Part shown: one piece after another, positions 28,827 to 37,910 of the stretch | Numbering within the stretch: position 1 is the first letter of the stretch | Layout of the letters: each line of letters starts with the position of its first letter | Assembly: GCA_965203355.1 (NCBI GenBank) | Contig: OZ241889.1 | Coordinates: 2,176,001-2,240,000 of the forward strand | Reading direction: 5' to 3' | DNA length: 64,000 nucleotides | Source of the DNA: Candidatus Latescibacterota bacterium | GTDB taxonomy: Bacteria; Latescibacterota; UBA2968; UBA8231 | Made by a program: the position numbers and the translations under genes | The notes under the pieces: model-generated | The model's input: only the letters and a program-made list of their open reading frames with translations | Told to the model about the DNA's origin: nothing | The model's database searches: none

Positions 28827-28960
28827 GTGAAGATCCTTGTGGTATTTATGTTTAGCAGTACATAACAGCATCAGGTTAAGCTGTCAATAGCACCCTACTT
28901 GAGGCCGGGCGATTGGTTTGTTGCCCGGTGCGGAGTTCACCTGTACGGGAGTGTCAACTA

Positions 28961-30025
28961 ATGAAATTCGTCATTCGCGCCGGCGGGGTGGGTACGCGGC
29001 TGTGGCCCTATAGCCGTGTGCACAAGCCCAAGCAGTTCCACTGCATGGCCGGCGAGCAGACCATGCTACAAGACGCGGTCGCCCGCATTGGCGCGATTGC
29101 CGCGCCGACCGATGTGTACGTATCGACCGGAGATCCGTTGCGGTCCTTGGTGCGCGAGCAGGTGCCGACGCTGACGCCCGAGCGGCTCATCGTCGAGCCG
29201 GCCCGGCGCAATACTGGCCCGGCCATCGGCTTGGAGTGTGCGCTGCTAGAGGTGCGCCATCCGGGCTGTACGGTCGCTAGCTTGGGATCGGATCACTACA
29301 TAGGTCGGCCCGAGGAGTTCTGTCGCTTGTTGCAAGTCGCCGACCAAGCCCTAACCGATCGGCCCGGCTATTTGTTTACGCTCGGAGTCAAGCCGACGCG
29401 CGCTGAAACTGGCTATGGCTACATCCGCCGAGGCTCCATGCTAGCGCAGGTGTGCGGGACATCGGTGTACGAAGTCGCCGAATTTACCGAAAAGCCTGCG
29501 GCGCAGCAGGCGGCTGAGTACGTGGCTAGCGGCCATTATTTGTGGAACAGCAACATGTTCGTCTGGAAGGCGGCGACCGTGCTGGAGCTTTTGGCCCGCT
29601 TTGAGCCGGAAATGTACGCTGGGTTGCAGCGCATCCAAGCGGCCGTTGGCACACCGCAAGAGGAAGCGATCATCGCCCGCGAGTATCCAAAGCTCAAGCC
29701 GATTTCCATCGATCACGCCTTGGTCGAGCGCGCTCCCAAGGTAGCCACACTAGAAGCGGATATCGACTGGGGCGACATCGGCTCTTGGTCGGCACTGACG
29801 GACGTGTTGCCGACGGATGCGGCCGGCAATTTGTTGGCCGGCGAGGTGATGGCGTTGGATACGGCCCGTTCAACGGTGTATGGGCCGGCCGACAAGATCG
29901 TGCTGCTGCTGGGGGTGGAGGACTTGGTCGTGGTGGATACTGAAGACGCACTGCTGGTGTGCGCGAAGGGGGCGGCGCAAAAGGTGAAAGACGCGGTGGA
30001 TCTGCTGAAAGAGCAATATCGCTAG
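28961..30025 (+). CDS. manC: Mannose-1-phosphate guanylyltransferase
   Basis: AGGVGTRLWP.SR..PKQF, EPARRNT, ETGYGYI, FTEKP, WNSNMF, WGDIGSW. Confidence 0.9.
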   Translation: MKFVIRAGGVGTRLWPYSRVHKPKQFHCMAGEQTMLQDAVARIGAIAAPTDVYVSTGDPLRSLVREQVPTLTPERLIVEPARRNTGPAIGLECALLEVRHPGCTVASLGSDHYIGRPEEFCRLLQVADQALTDRPGYLFTLGVKPTRAETGYGYIRRGSMLAQVCGTSVYEVAEFTEKPAAQQAAEYVASGHYLWNSNMFVWKAATVLELLARFEPEMYAGLQRIQAAVGTPQEEAIIAREYPKLKPISIDHALVERAPKVATLEADIDWGDIGSWSALTDVLPTDAAGNLLAGEVMALDTARSTVYGPADKIVLLLGVEDLVVVDTEDALLVCAKGAAQKVKDAVDLLKEQYR

Positions 30026-30157
30026 GCTTAGGATTCTCGTTGCCTACCAGCGACATGCCCCGCACGATGGCGCAAGTGGAGCGCTGCTGACGACTCATCG
30101 CCTCTTATCAGCGGGAATGCTTTGTTAGGGCCGCTGGGGATTGCTACCTACAATGGG

Positions 30158-30409
30158 CTATTGAGACGCGATAAAAATAATGATGAGAACCATAACAAGT
30201 GCTACCACTAACCCGAAGCAGCCGAAGCCAGAGAAGGAGTGTTCGATCTCTCTGCCCCAACGTTCAGAAAACGTCCCGTCTTTCTTGTCACCTCCCATCG
30301 CCTTTATTGCCGAGAGTATAGCTAGGCCTAAGAAAATAATCGCTATCGGTGGTAGTGGTATTGTTACGAAGGCTAATATGAGTAAAACGACAGCAACAAG
30401 GCATCCCAT
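30158..30409 (-). CDS. Small membrane protein (island)
   Basis: 83 aa, mostly hydrophobic; GGAG RBS; last gene of the minus-strand island operon. Confidence 0.6.
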   Translation of the reverse strand: MGCLVAVVLLILAFVTIPLPPIAIIFLGLAILSAIKAMGGDKKDGTFSERWGREIEHSFSGFGCFGLVVALVMVLIIIFIASQ

Positions 30410-30430
30410 TGATTTGTCTCCGATATAGCA

Positions 30431-31243
30431 CTAAAACGCTTCACTCACCATCAGCTTGTAGAAACGCGACTCCACGGCCTGCAAGCGCTGCTGATAGAGC
30501 TTTTTGTCCGTTGGGCCGGTTGAATCAAAGACCCGCACGAAAAATCGACACTTTCTCGACTTGGACCACCCGAATAAGTCAGACGTTGAAGAAAGAAAAA
30601 GTTGTTCTGAAATGTCCTGATTCAAGACGATTTCTTGCACGGGTAGTGCCTGCCGTTCACTCGCTCGCTGCGGCAAGTCGGTCTCCCGCACGACTAAGCC
30701 GATGGGCGTCAGGTTCACGTCGTATATGTATTCAATGGTTCCGTCGTCATGCGTCCAACAGGATGGGACTTCAGTACCTTTGCCTACCGATTCCCGCACC
30801 AACTCCAACAGATGTTCTACATTCCTTTTTCCATCTGGTAGCAACTCCCGAATGGCTGAGTATTCACGTCCCAATTCTAGCGTGTTTATTATGGTTTCCG
30901 GTTCGGACAAAAAACCAGCTTCTTCTGTGGTATTCTGAAGCCTTTCAAGTTGTTGCTTTGTATCTCGGAGCAGTACCAGTTCACGCTGTAATTCCTCGAT
31001 ATTTTTACCGCTACTCGGCAACACTTCTTGAACAATGGAAAGCTGGGCTTCGAGTTGGTTGATTGTTTCTTGGCGTTCTTCCGCTACGCGCTTGGCTTCT
31101 TTCTGCTTGTCTTGTTGGTGTACCAATAAGGCGGCAAAGGCGAGCAGCAGAACGAAGATGATGAGAATGGCGATCTCAGCCATTGTGAGACCGAGGATAA
31201 GACCTTGCCGATAGGACGCGCTCCGCTTTTCAAAGTTTGCCAT
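30431..31243 (-). CDS. MotB/ExbD-like single-TM coiled-coil protein
   Basis: TM with acidic residue (LTMAEIAILIIFVLLL); coiled coil; C-terminal domain with PSCW...CRFFV. Confidence 0.6.
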   Translation of the reverse strand: MANFEKRSASYRQGLILGLTMAEIAILIIFVLLLAFAALLVHQQDKQKEAKRVAEERQETINQLEAQLSIVQEVLPSSGKNIEELQRELVLLRDTKQQLERLQNTTEEAGFLSEPETIINTLELGREYSAIRELLPDGKRNVEHLLELVRESVGKGTEVPSCWTHDDGTIEYIYDVNLTPIGLVVRETDLPQRASERQALPVQEIVLNQDISEQLFLSSTSDLFGWSKSRKCRFFVRVFDSTGPTDKKLYQQRLQAVESRFYKLMVSEAF

Positions 31244-32378
31244 CTGCGGGCCGTTGTTCGTCGGCTGTTCGTTTTGTCGATGTTTCAGACTGTTGGAGAA
31301 GAGTTGCGATGAAGTCTTCGGATGTTTGTATATTATTGATCCTCCCAACAAGGTCACTCACGCTGGCAGACACTGCCTCCGAATTGGATTTTATCGCGCT
31401 ATCTAAATTCGATACTTGTGCATTAAAATCGGATACGGTCTGACCGAAACTGTCGAGGTTGACTTGAAACTGCTGAATCGGGGATTGCAGAAGTCGTTCG
31501 AGTAGGTCTTTGGGCACGTCCATTTTGTTGATCTTTTCAACAAGGTCTCTAACACTGGCAGATAACGCATCCGAACTGGCATTTACTTGTTCGGCTCCGG
31601 TTTCAATGCTCTGTACGGAGGGACGTAGGAGTTGTTCGAGTAGGTCTTTGGGTACGTCCATTCTGTTGATCTTTTCAACGAGATCTTCCAAACTGGCAGC
31701 CACCGCGTCCGAACTAGAATTGACTACACTATTGAGATTTGACACTCGCTCGTTGAGGCCGGATACGGTATTGACGAAACTATCGAGATTGACTTGAAAC
31801 TGATCACGGCCCTCTTCAACAGTCTTAGTGAAACGAGTCACTGATGATTTGAATTGAGTAATAGCTTTCTTTTGTCTCTCGCCTGCCTCTCTGAGGATTT
31901 GCTGTAGCTCTATTCTAAAAGAGGAAAACTTTCTCAGTTCATAGTCGAGGTCGGACACGCCCTTGCTGAGCTTGCGTACCGTGTCGCTGAAATCGGATAC
32001 CGTGTCTTCCGGGTCTTTTTGCATTAAGTCAAAAAAGACCCGGAAAGCGATGCCAAATATCGTTGAAAAGATAGCGATACCAAAGTTCGTGATGATCGGG
32101 GCAATCGTTTCGACAGCTTCGTCACTTGAGGAGAACTCAAAAAGCGACATCGCCAAGCTGACGAGAGTATATAAAAATCCAAGGTAATATAAGTTATCTC
32201 CAACTTTACTGAGCTGAGATTGATGCTTTATATAATGATAGCACGCATAGACCAACATGATCGAGATCGGACAGGCAGTCACGAAAAACTGGCTCATGTC
32301 CAGTAGCTTGAGAATTATGATCCCTGCTGCTCCTATCAGGGCAGCAATCATGAAAATGTTTGGATTCAATTTCGTCAT
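31230..32378 (-). CDS. MotA/ZorA-like membrane protein with long repetitive helical tail
   Basis: YYLGFLYTLVSL and FGIAIFSTIFG motifs; tail with DLVEKINxMDVPKDLLE repeats. Confidence 0.65.
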   Translation of the reverse strand: MTKLNPNIFMIAALIGAAGIIILKLLDMSQFFVTACPISIMLVYACYHYIKHQSQLSKVGDNLYYLGFLYTLVSLAMSLFEFSSSDEAVETIAPIITNFGIAIFSTIFGIAFRVFFDLMQKDPEDTVSDFSDTVRKLSKGVSDLDYELRKFSSFRIELQQILREAGERQKKAITQFKSSVTRFTKTVEEGRDQFQVNLDSFVNTVSGLNERVSNLNSVVNSSSDAVAASLEDLVEKINRMDVPKDLLEQLLRPSVQSIETGAEQVNASSDALSASVRDLVEKINKMDVPKDLLERLLQSPIQQFQVNLDSFGQTVSDFNAQVSNLDSAIKSNSEAVSASVSDLVGRINNIQTSEDFIATLLQQSETSTKRTADEQRPADGKL

Positions 32379-33175
32379 TCATTCATCCCGGAAGTTCTAA
32401 GTACGCGCACTACTTGGCCTCCATGCTGAGAGAACCAAGACTGGAAGAATTTCAACAGAGGGCCACCGTCTCCCTGCTGCCGTTGCCGCCTTTGAATGAG
32501 CCATAGTTCTATATCGACGCCCCGAAGATCGGGGTTTAAGCCGCGAGATTCATGGGTTTGCCGGAAGCGGCTGAAGTCTGGCGACCCTCGATAGAACGAA
32601 CATACGTCACTATTTTGCATAAGATCTGAAATAACGATGAGACGCCGCGGAACGCTGCGCCGTTCGGTATCTTGGAAGTGCGTTAGAGAAACCGACTGAA
32701 TAGACTCCATAATTGGCGACGATGGTGCTTCTTTTTCATCAAGCAGACTTTGCAGAACTTCTTCCATGGGCTGCCGGAATTTACGCTGCCAGTTTCGACT
32801 AACTATTGCTTGGGATTGGATTAGCGGATCGACATCTTCTGGATCGCCGGGATTGCAAACCTTAATGATCGGCTCAAGGCTCTTTTCATGGGTGGATTCC
32901 ACCGTAAAAAGGCTGATTTCGTGATTTTCTTTGACCGTATCTAACAGGTTCTTGATCTGAACCTTCAGATCGTCCTTAGTCTGAGTACTAAAGGAATCGG
33001 TGCGATCAAGTAAAAGGGCTGTAATTGAATACGGCCCCTCGGATCTGCAAAGAGTTGCGGGGTCCCGGACGATGGGCTCGGGTTTCAACAATACGAGAGC
33101 AACCACACCTCCGAGAACTAGGGCGATCATCGCCCCGCCTGCGATGTAGTTTACGTTTATGTATTTTGATGACAT
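32375..33175 (-). CDS. Membrane-anchored vWA-like protein
   Basis: N-terminal TM; LLLDRTDS, SPIMESI, LIVISDLMQ MIDAS-like motifs. Confidence 0.6.
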   Translation of the reverse strand: MSSKYINVNYIAGGAMIALVLGGVVALVLLKPEPIVRDPATLCRSEGPYSITALLLDRTDSFSTQTKDDLKVQIKNLLDTVKENHEISLFTVESTHEKSLEPIIKVCNPGDPEDVDPLIQSQAIVSRNWQRKFRQPMEEVLQSLLDEKEAPSSPIMESIQSVSLTHFQDTERRSVPRRLIVISDLMQNSDVCSFYRGSPDFSRFRQTHESRGLNPDLRGVDIELWLIQRRQRQQGDGGPLLKFFQSWFSQHGGQVVRVLRTSGMNE

Positions 33176-33206
33176 GACGGCTCTTTCCAATAGTTTGCAA
33201 CTGGGC

Positions 33207-34613
33207 TTATTCGGTTGATGCTGATAGGCGATGCCCTGCCAATTTTCGCAAATCCCTACAGACAGCATCGTATTCTTTTAACAGTTCCTTCTCGCCGTTA
33301 TCAACTCTTGCTCTCGTACCAGAAATGACCTCTTTAATTTCTTCGAGTTTCGGCAAATCCTCTGGCAAGGCCCTGTCTATTGGCGATAATTCTTTGATTT
33401 TCCATGGGTCATTGAAGCGGTCAGGTGCTTCTCCACCTCGTGTCTCACGGTTGATCGATCGGTAGCGTTTGAGCAAGCGATTTCCTATCTGCTCCAAGTC
33501 GTTTAGGTAATCCTCATATAATTTGATAACGTGCCTATGGCCGTCTAAGATCGAAGCGCGTTCCACTTCTAATCCCATGAGTCTTTGTATGATGCTGTTC
33601 AGTTTTGCGACAACTTCATTAAATATCCTTTCTAGTTCTTTTAAATGATTGTCATAAGCATCTTTGTAGTTTTTATACTCACCCTCATAGCGAAAAAACA
33701 CCTTTCCATAACCGGGATAGGAGTCGCCGTCCCATTTTATGCCATCAATAAAGCTAATAATTGCAAAAAGGAACCCCATACAGAACAGCATCCATGACTG
33801 GAACTCCCTTAGCCCCAATGGATTCTCGAGAAAAGCGGACATGGCGAGTTGTCCGCCTTCGTCGAGTATGGTTCCCGTTATTTCTCGATAGTGTGCAACC
33901 ATTAGGTTAAAGAAGAATGCAAAGACTACAAATGCAATTGCGGCGAGGATGCCCGCTGATTTTCTACTCCACTTAATATGATGACAGTTGGCAATAAGCC
34001 GCCCGAGTAAGAAAGCGACGCCGAGGTTGGCAAACGAAATAACAATGGCCTCAGTATAGGCACCGAATAGCCCCAGTTCGTTGCCCTTTGCCAGAAAGGA
34101 GGCGTTACCCAAGGTTTCAATGAGAAAGAGCACGGCGATAATACCTGAAGCAAATAACCCGTATCCCTCACGGTGCTTACTCGCCTCACGATCTATGTTA
34201 TTCTTCTTCTGAAAATCCTTCAAGCGATATTCTGCTTTTTTTAGCAGAGGTCGTCTTGCTCGCAAATCCGTAATAGCCTTTTCAGCCGCCTTCTTGAGTT
34301 TTTCTCTACCAATGCGAATTTCGCTATCAATAGAGTCATCGCGGAATGATGGGATGATCTTGATAAGACGCTTTCGGTCTGAAGTTAGTTGTATGTCACT
34401 TGTGTCCTTTGCTTTTGATTGATATTCTTCGATTTTCTCGACAATCTTCACTTCGGTTTTATCGAAGTCTGTACTGTCTAGCAAAGGCAGTCCCTGTTTC
34501 CCCGCTTCTATAGCTTCTTCCTCTATATGTAAATCGGCTGCTATCTTATTTGCGGAGATTTTCTCAAACAGATCAGTTGGCATCTCGTAGTTCTCCTTTA
34601 TGGGTTCGCTCAC
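33207..34613 (-). CDS. Four-TM protein with long coiled coils at both ends
   Basis: Central hydrophobic helices flanked by charged heptad regions; AT-richer codons. Confidence 0.75.
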   Translation of the reverse strand: MSEPIKENYEMPTDLFEKISANKIAADLHIEEEAIEAGKQGLPLLDSTDFDKTEVKIVEKIEEYQSKAKDTSDIQLTSDRKRLIKIIPSFRDDSIDSEIRIGREKLKKAAEKAITDLRARRPLLKKAEYRLKDFQKKNNIDREASKHREGYGLFASGIIAVLFLIETLGNASFLAKGNELGLFGAYTEAIVISFANLGVAFLLGRLIANCHHIKWSRKSAGILAAIAFVVFAFFFNLMVAHYREITGTILDEGGQLAMSAFLENPLGLREFQSWMLFCMGFLFAIISFIDGIKWDGDSYPGYGKVFFRYEGEYKNYKDAYDNHLKELERIFNEVVAKLNSIIQRLMGLEVERASILDGHRHVIKLYEDYLNDLEQIGNRLLKRYRSINRETRGGEAPDRFNDPWKIKELSPIDRALPEDLPKLEEIKEVISGTRARVDNGEKELLKEYDAVCRDLRKLAGHRLSASTE

Positions 34614-34861
34614 TACCCAATGGCTTTTGATTTACCAGCGGGCATAAGGATGCAAAGACCCAGCCGCGGGCCGGGCCATGTGTGCATCTCACAGGTTTTT
34701 TGGAGAAGTTCTGCCTATTCGCCGGGCTTCAGGGAGCTACCCTGTGCCGAATCAGGCTGTTTTATTTAACAGATAACCCGACGGTCGCGGGTACCTGCTT
34801 GATGCACACAGAGAACAATATATAAACCAAAAACCTTCTTTGTCAAAAAATTATTTGTTCT

Positions 34862-35067
34862 CGGATGCGGTCGGTGAGGTGATGGCGTTGGATGCGGCCC
34901 GTTCAACGTATATGGGTCGGCCGACAAGATCGTGCTGCTGGGGGTGGAGGACTTGGTCGTGGTGGATACTGAAGACGCGCTGCTGGTGTGCGCGAAAGGG
35001 GGCGGCGCAAAAGGTGAAAGACGCGGTGGACTATCTCCGAGAGCAGCGGCGCGAGAAGTACCTCTAG
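34862..35067 (+). pseudogene. Displaced, indel-damaged copy of the manC 3' end
   Basis: 34862-35030 matches 29814-30000; ends DYLREQRREKYL* only 2 bp from the convergent phyH-like stop. Confidence 0.88.
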
Positions 35068-35069
35068 GT

Positions 35070-35828
35070 TCACTCCACGTCGAGTATATAACGCGCTAGC
35101 GGCGAGAGCCGTTGGGCCGTTTGTGGCCGCAGGTATTCGCGCTGGTTGGTCTGCTGGGGGTGCTCGCGGGCGATAAAGGCGCAGTGCAAGGTGCGGCGGG
35201 GCCTGCTGCTGTCGTTGCGATAGGCGCTGTGCCACAGGCTGCCGTTGAATACGGCGACCGAGCCAGCGCGGCCCGTTAGCTGCACTTGCTCGGGGTGATC
35301 GGCCAAGCGATCGGCTATGTAGTCGGTGATTCTGCCGGGTTTGCGGTGGCTGCCGGGGACGCAGCGGGTCGCGCCATTGGCCGCGGTGAAATCGTCGAGC
35401 ATCCACACCGAGTTGACGACGTGATACAGCCCGCCGGGCCCGGTGGGTTGCCCCCAATCGGCGTGCAGGATCTGCAAGCCGCTGCCGGGCAGTGGATCGT
35501 GTCCGTTGAGCGAGTGTAGCTTAAACGGACGCTGCAAGACGTGAAAGACCGCTGTCAGCAGGGCGGGCTGTAGATACACCGCGTCGAAAACCGTTCCCTT
35601 GTTGACCAAATCGGCGAGGCGGCGGACGCCCTCCATCTGGGCCACCTCAGTGCCGGCTTGGTTGCCCTCGCGGGCAAAGATCGCGTCAAAAGCATGGCGC
35701 AACTCGGCCAGCCACTCGGGGGCTATGACCTCTTCCAAGATGGTGAAACCGCTGGTGTCTAGCGCGCTGTATTGCGCGGGCGTCAGGGGTTGGGGGACGA
35801 ACCCCCGTTGCAACAGTTCGCGGTCCAA
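35070..35828 (-). CDS. Phytanoyl-CoA dioxygenase (PhyH) family Fe/2OG enzyme
   Basis: LHAD, DFTAANGAT..VPGSH, LWH. Confidence 0.9.
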   Translation of the reverse strand: MDRELLQRGFVPQPLTPAQYSALDTSGFTILEEVIAPEWLAELRHAFDAIFAREGNQAGTEVAQMEGVRRLADLVNKGTVFDAVYLQPALLTAVFHVLQRPFKLHSLNGHDPLPGSGLQILHADWGQPTGPGGLYHVVNSVWMLDDFTAANGATRCVPGSHRKPGRITDYIADRLADHPEQVQLTGRAGSVAVFNGSLWHSAYRNDSSRPRRTLHCAFIAREHPQQTNQREYLRPQTAQRLSPLARYILDVE

Positions 35829-35845
35829 AGAGAATGCTCCCTCGT

Positions 35846-37012
35846 TTAGCTGTCAGCTTGTTGTTGCGCGAATTCGCAGATGGCGGTCACGCCGCGGCAG
35901 ATGTGCTCTTCGGAAGCGGCGATGGAGATGCGCACGTGGTCGCGGCACATCTGGCCGAAGGTGCTGCCTGGAGCCACGGCCACGCGCTTTTCTTTGAGCA
36001 GCCGGACGGCGAATTCGCTGGAGTTCATGCCGGCCGCGGCAATGTCGATCATCAGGTAGATTGCCCCGCCTGGCGTGTAGCGGTACAAGCCGTATTCCCG
36101 CAGGACATCGAGGGCTGTGTCGCGGCGGCGGGCATAAGCGCGGCACATGGTGTCCACGTCGTCTTGCGGGCCGTCGAGCGCGTCGGCTGACGCGAGCTGG
36201 GAAAAGCCCGTGCCGCACGAGACAAAAGGCTCTTGTAGCTTGGCGGCCAATTCGATGTACTTGGGATTGGCGCGGGTAAAGCCCACTCGGTAGCCGGTCA
36301 TGGCGTAGCTTTTGGACATGCCAGAGACGACGATGGCGCGTCCGTCGGCGTCGTGCGGCAGCGCGCTCTGGTGCGGTTGGTCGAAGACGATCTGACCGTA
36401 GATCTCGTCGGAAAGCACCCACAAGTCGTGGCGCTGGGCCAAGTCCATGAGCCGGCGCATCAGGGCCTCGTCGTACACTTGGCCGGTAGGGTTGGAGGGC
36501 GTGCAGAGGAGGAGGAGTTTGGTGCGCGGACTGACTCGACGCTCGATCTCGTCAAGGTCGGGCAAGAAGTGGTTTTCCGCCCGCAAATTGTAAAAGACGG
36601 GCTGGCCGTGGACGATGGAGACGGCCATCTCGTAGTTGGGCCAACCGGGGTCGGGCAACAGAACCTCGTCGCCCGGTTCGAGCAGGGCGAGGAATGCGGT
36701 CGCTACGCTCATGACCGCCCCGGGCGTGACGAGGATGTTTTCGCTGGTGGTCGGCACGCCGGTGCGGCGCTCGAAGTAGCGCGCGGCGGCGGCGCGCAAC
36801 GCATCGACGCCAGCGTTGGGGACGTACTTGGTGTGGCCGGTGTGCGCGTAGCGACAGGTGGCTTCGACAATGGACGCTGGCGTGGCAAAATCGGGTTGAC
36901 CGACTTCGAGATGGATGACCTCGCCGGTCTTTTCGACGGCCCAGGCCAAGTCCATGATCGCGCGGATGCCCGAGCGGGGAAGGGCGGCGGGGATGCGGGC
37001 AAAAGGCTTCAT
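35846..37012 (-). CDS. Class I/II PLP aminotransferase (aspartate aminotransferase-like)
   Basis: GQPDF, PSNPTG, SDEIY, SKSYAMTGYRVG. Confidence 0.92.
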   Translation of the reverse strand: MKPFARIPAALPRSGIRAIMDLAWAVEKTGEVIHLEVGQPDFATPASIVEATCRYAHTGHTKYVPNAGVDALRAAAARYFERRTGVPTTSENILVTPGAVMSVATAFLALLEPGDEVLLPDPGWPNYEMAVSIVHGQPVFYNLRAENHFLPDLDEIERRVSPRTKLLLLCTPSNPTGQVYDEALMRRLMDLAQRHDLWVLSDEIYGQIVFDQPHQSALPHDADGRAIVVSGMSKSYAMTGYRVGFTRANPKYIELAAKLQEPFVSCGTGFSQLASADALDGPQDDVDTMCRAYARRRDTALDVLREYGLYRYTPGGAIYLMIDIAAAGMNSSEFAVRLLKEKRVAVAPGSTFGQMCRDHVRISIAASEEHICRGVTAICEFAQQQADS

Positions 37013-37806
37013 CGGAGGTGGATGCCCGGGCCGGTCGCGCCGATCATCTGCACGGTGTTGTATATGGAGGCGGGCGTCGAGGCGCCAGTGACGCCGGTGA
37101 TGCCTTCGGTGCGCGCGACCTTGAGGTCGAGGCCCGGGCCTTGGGCATGGATTTCGACGATGGCTTCGCTCCACTGCGGGCTTACCAACAACAGCGAATG
37201 GGTGCGGTCGAAGCCGAGGCCAGCATACGCGATGGCTGCGTGGGTGTTGACGTTGCGCGGGAAGAGCGGGCAGATGCCGCGCGTCGGGCCATCGTAGAGG
37301 ACCGTTTCTTCTTTAATGTCGTCAGGGTCGAGGCCGGCGGCCGCGCAATCGACGTTGTGTGGCGGCTTTTTCATCACCACCTCCACCGACTCCCACACGT
37401 CGCGGTTTTCCAACAGCGCGTCCATGCCGACCACGCCTCCGTGCGGGACAAAGGCGCGGGTGCCAGCGCGGCGGGTCGTCTCCTCAATGGTGGCTTCGAC
37501 GGCGCGGTCGGCGAGGGCGGTCACCGAGATGAACATGTAGTTGGTTTTTTCGAGAATCGTCTGGCCCCACTGGCGGGTGACGTCCGGGTGGGCCATCTCG
37601 ACGACGAGGTCGGGTTGCCGCGATTCAAAGTCGCTCAAATCCGCTAGGCCGAGGTCGGCGGGGAAGTTTTGCAAGGCCGCGGCCATTTGATCGTGGACGA
37701 AGACGACCTCCATGCCGTTGTCTGCGTCGGCGTCTATCATCTTGTGGACCGCTTGGCCGATCTGGCCGTAGCCGATTAGGCCGATGCGAGTCAATTGTTG
37801 GCGCAT
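37009..37806 (-). CDS. Aspartate dehydrogenase (DUF108) family protein
   Basis: IGYGQIG, VVEMAHP, KKPP, FPRNVN. Confidence 0.82.
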   Translation of the reverse strand: MRQQLTRIGLIGYGQIGQAVHKMIDADADNGMEVVFVHDQMAAALQNFPADLGLADLSDFESRQPDLVVEMAHPDVTRQWGQTILEKTNYMFISVTALADRAVEATIEETTRRAGTRAFVPHGGVVGMDALLENRDVWESVEVVMKKPPHNVDCAAAGLDPDDIKEETVLYDGPTRGICPLFPRNVNTHAAIAYAGLGFDRTHSLLLVSPQWSEAIVEIHAQGPGLDLKVARTEGITGVTGASTPASIYNTVQMIGATGPGIHLR

Positions 37807-37910
37807 AGTTTTGCTCCTCAAAACAAGGTGAAGGCGGAAGTAGCGAATATAGGCACTCGCCAAGGATATGGCGAACAAAGGGCGCGTCGAATCAAAGCTA
37901 TGGTGTTTGC

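Noticed and set aside
30431-32378. Canonical Zorya
   Set aside because: No OmpA-like domain in the B-like protein and no ZorC/D/E-type effectors; kept only as an analogue
34840-35067. 75-aa ORF as an independent gene
   Set aside because: It is the frameshifted displaced 3' end of manC
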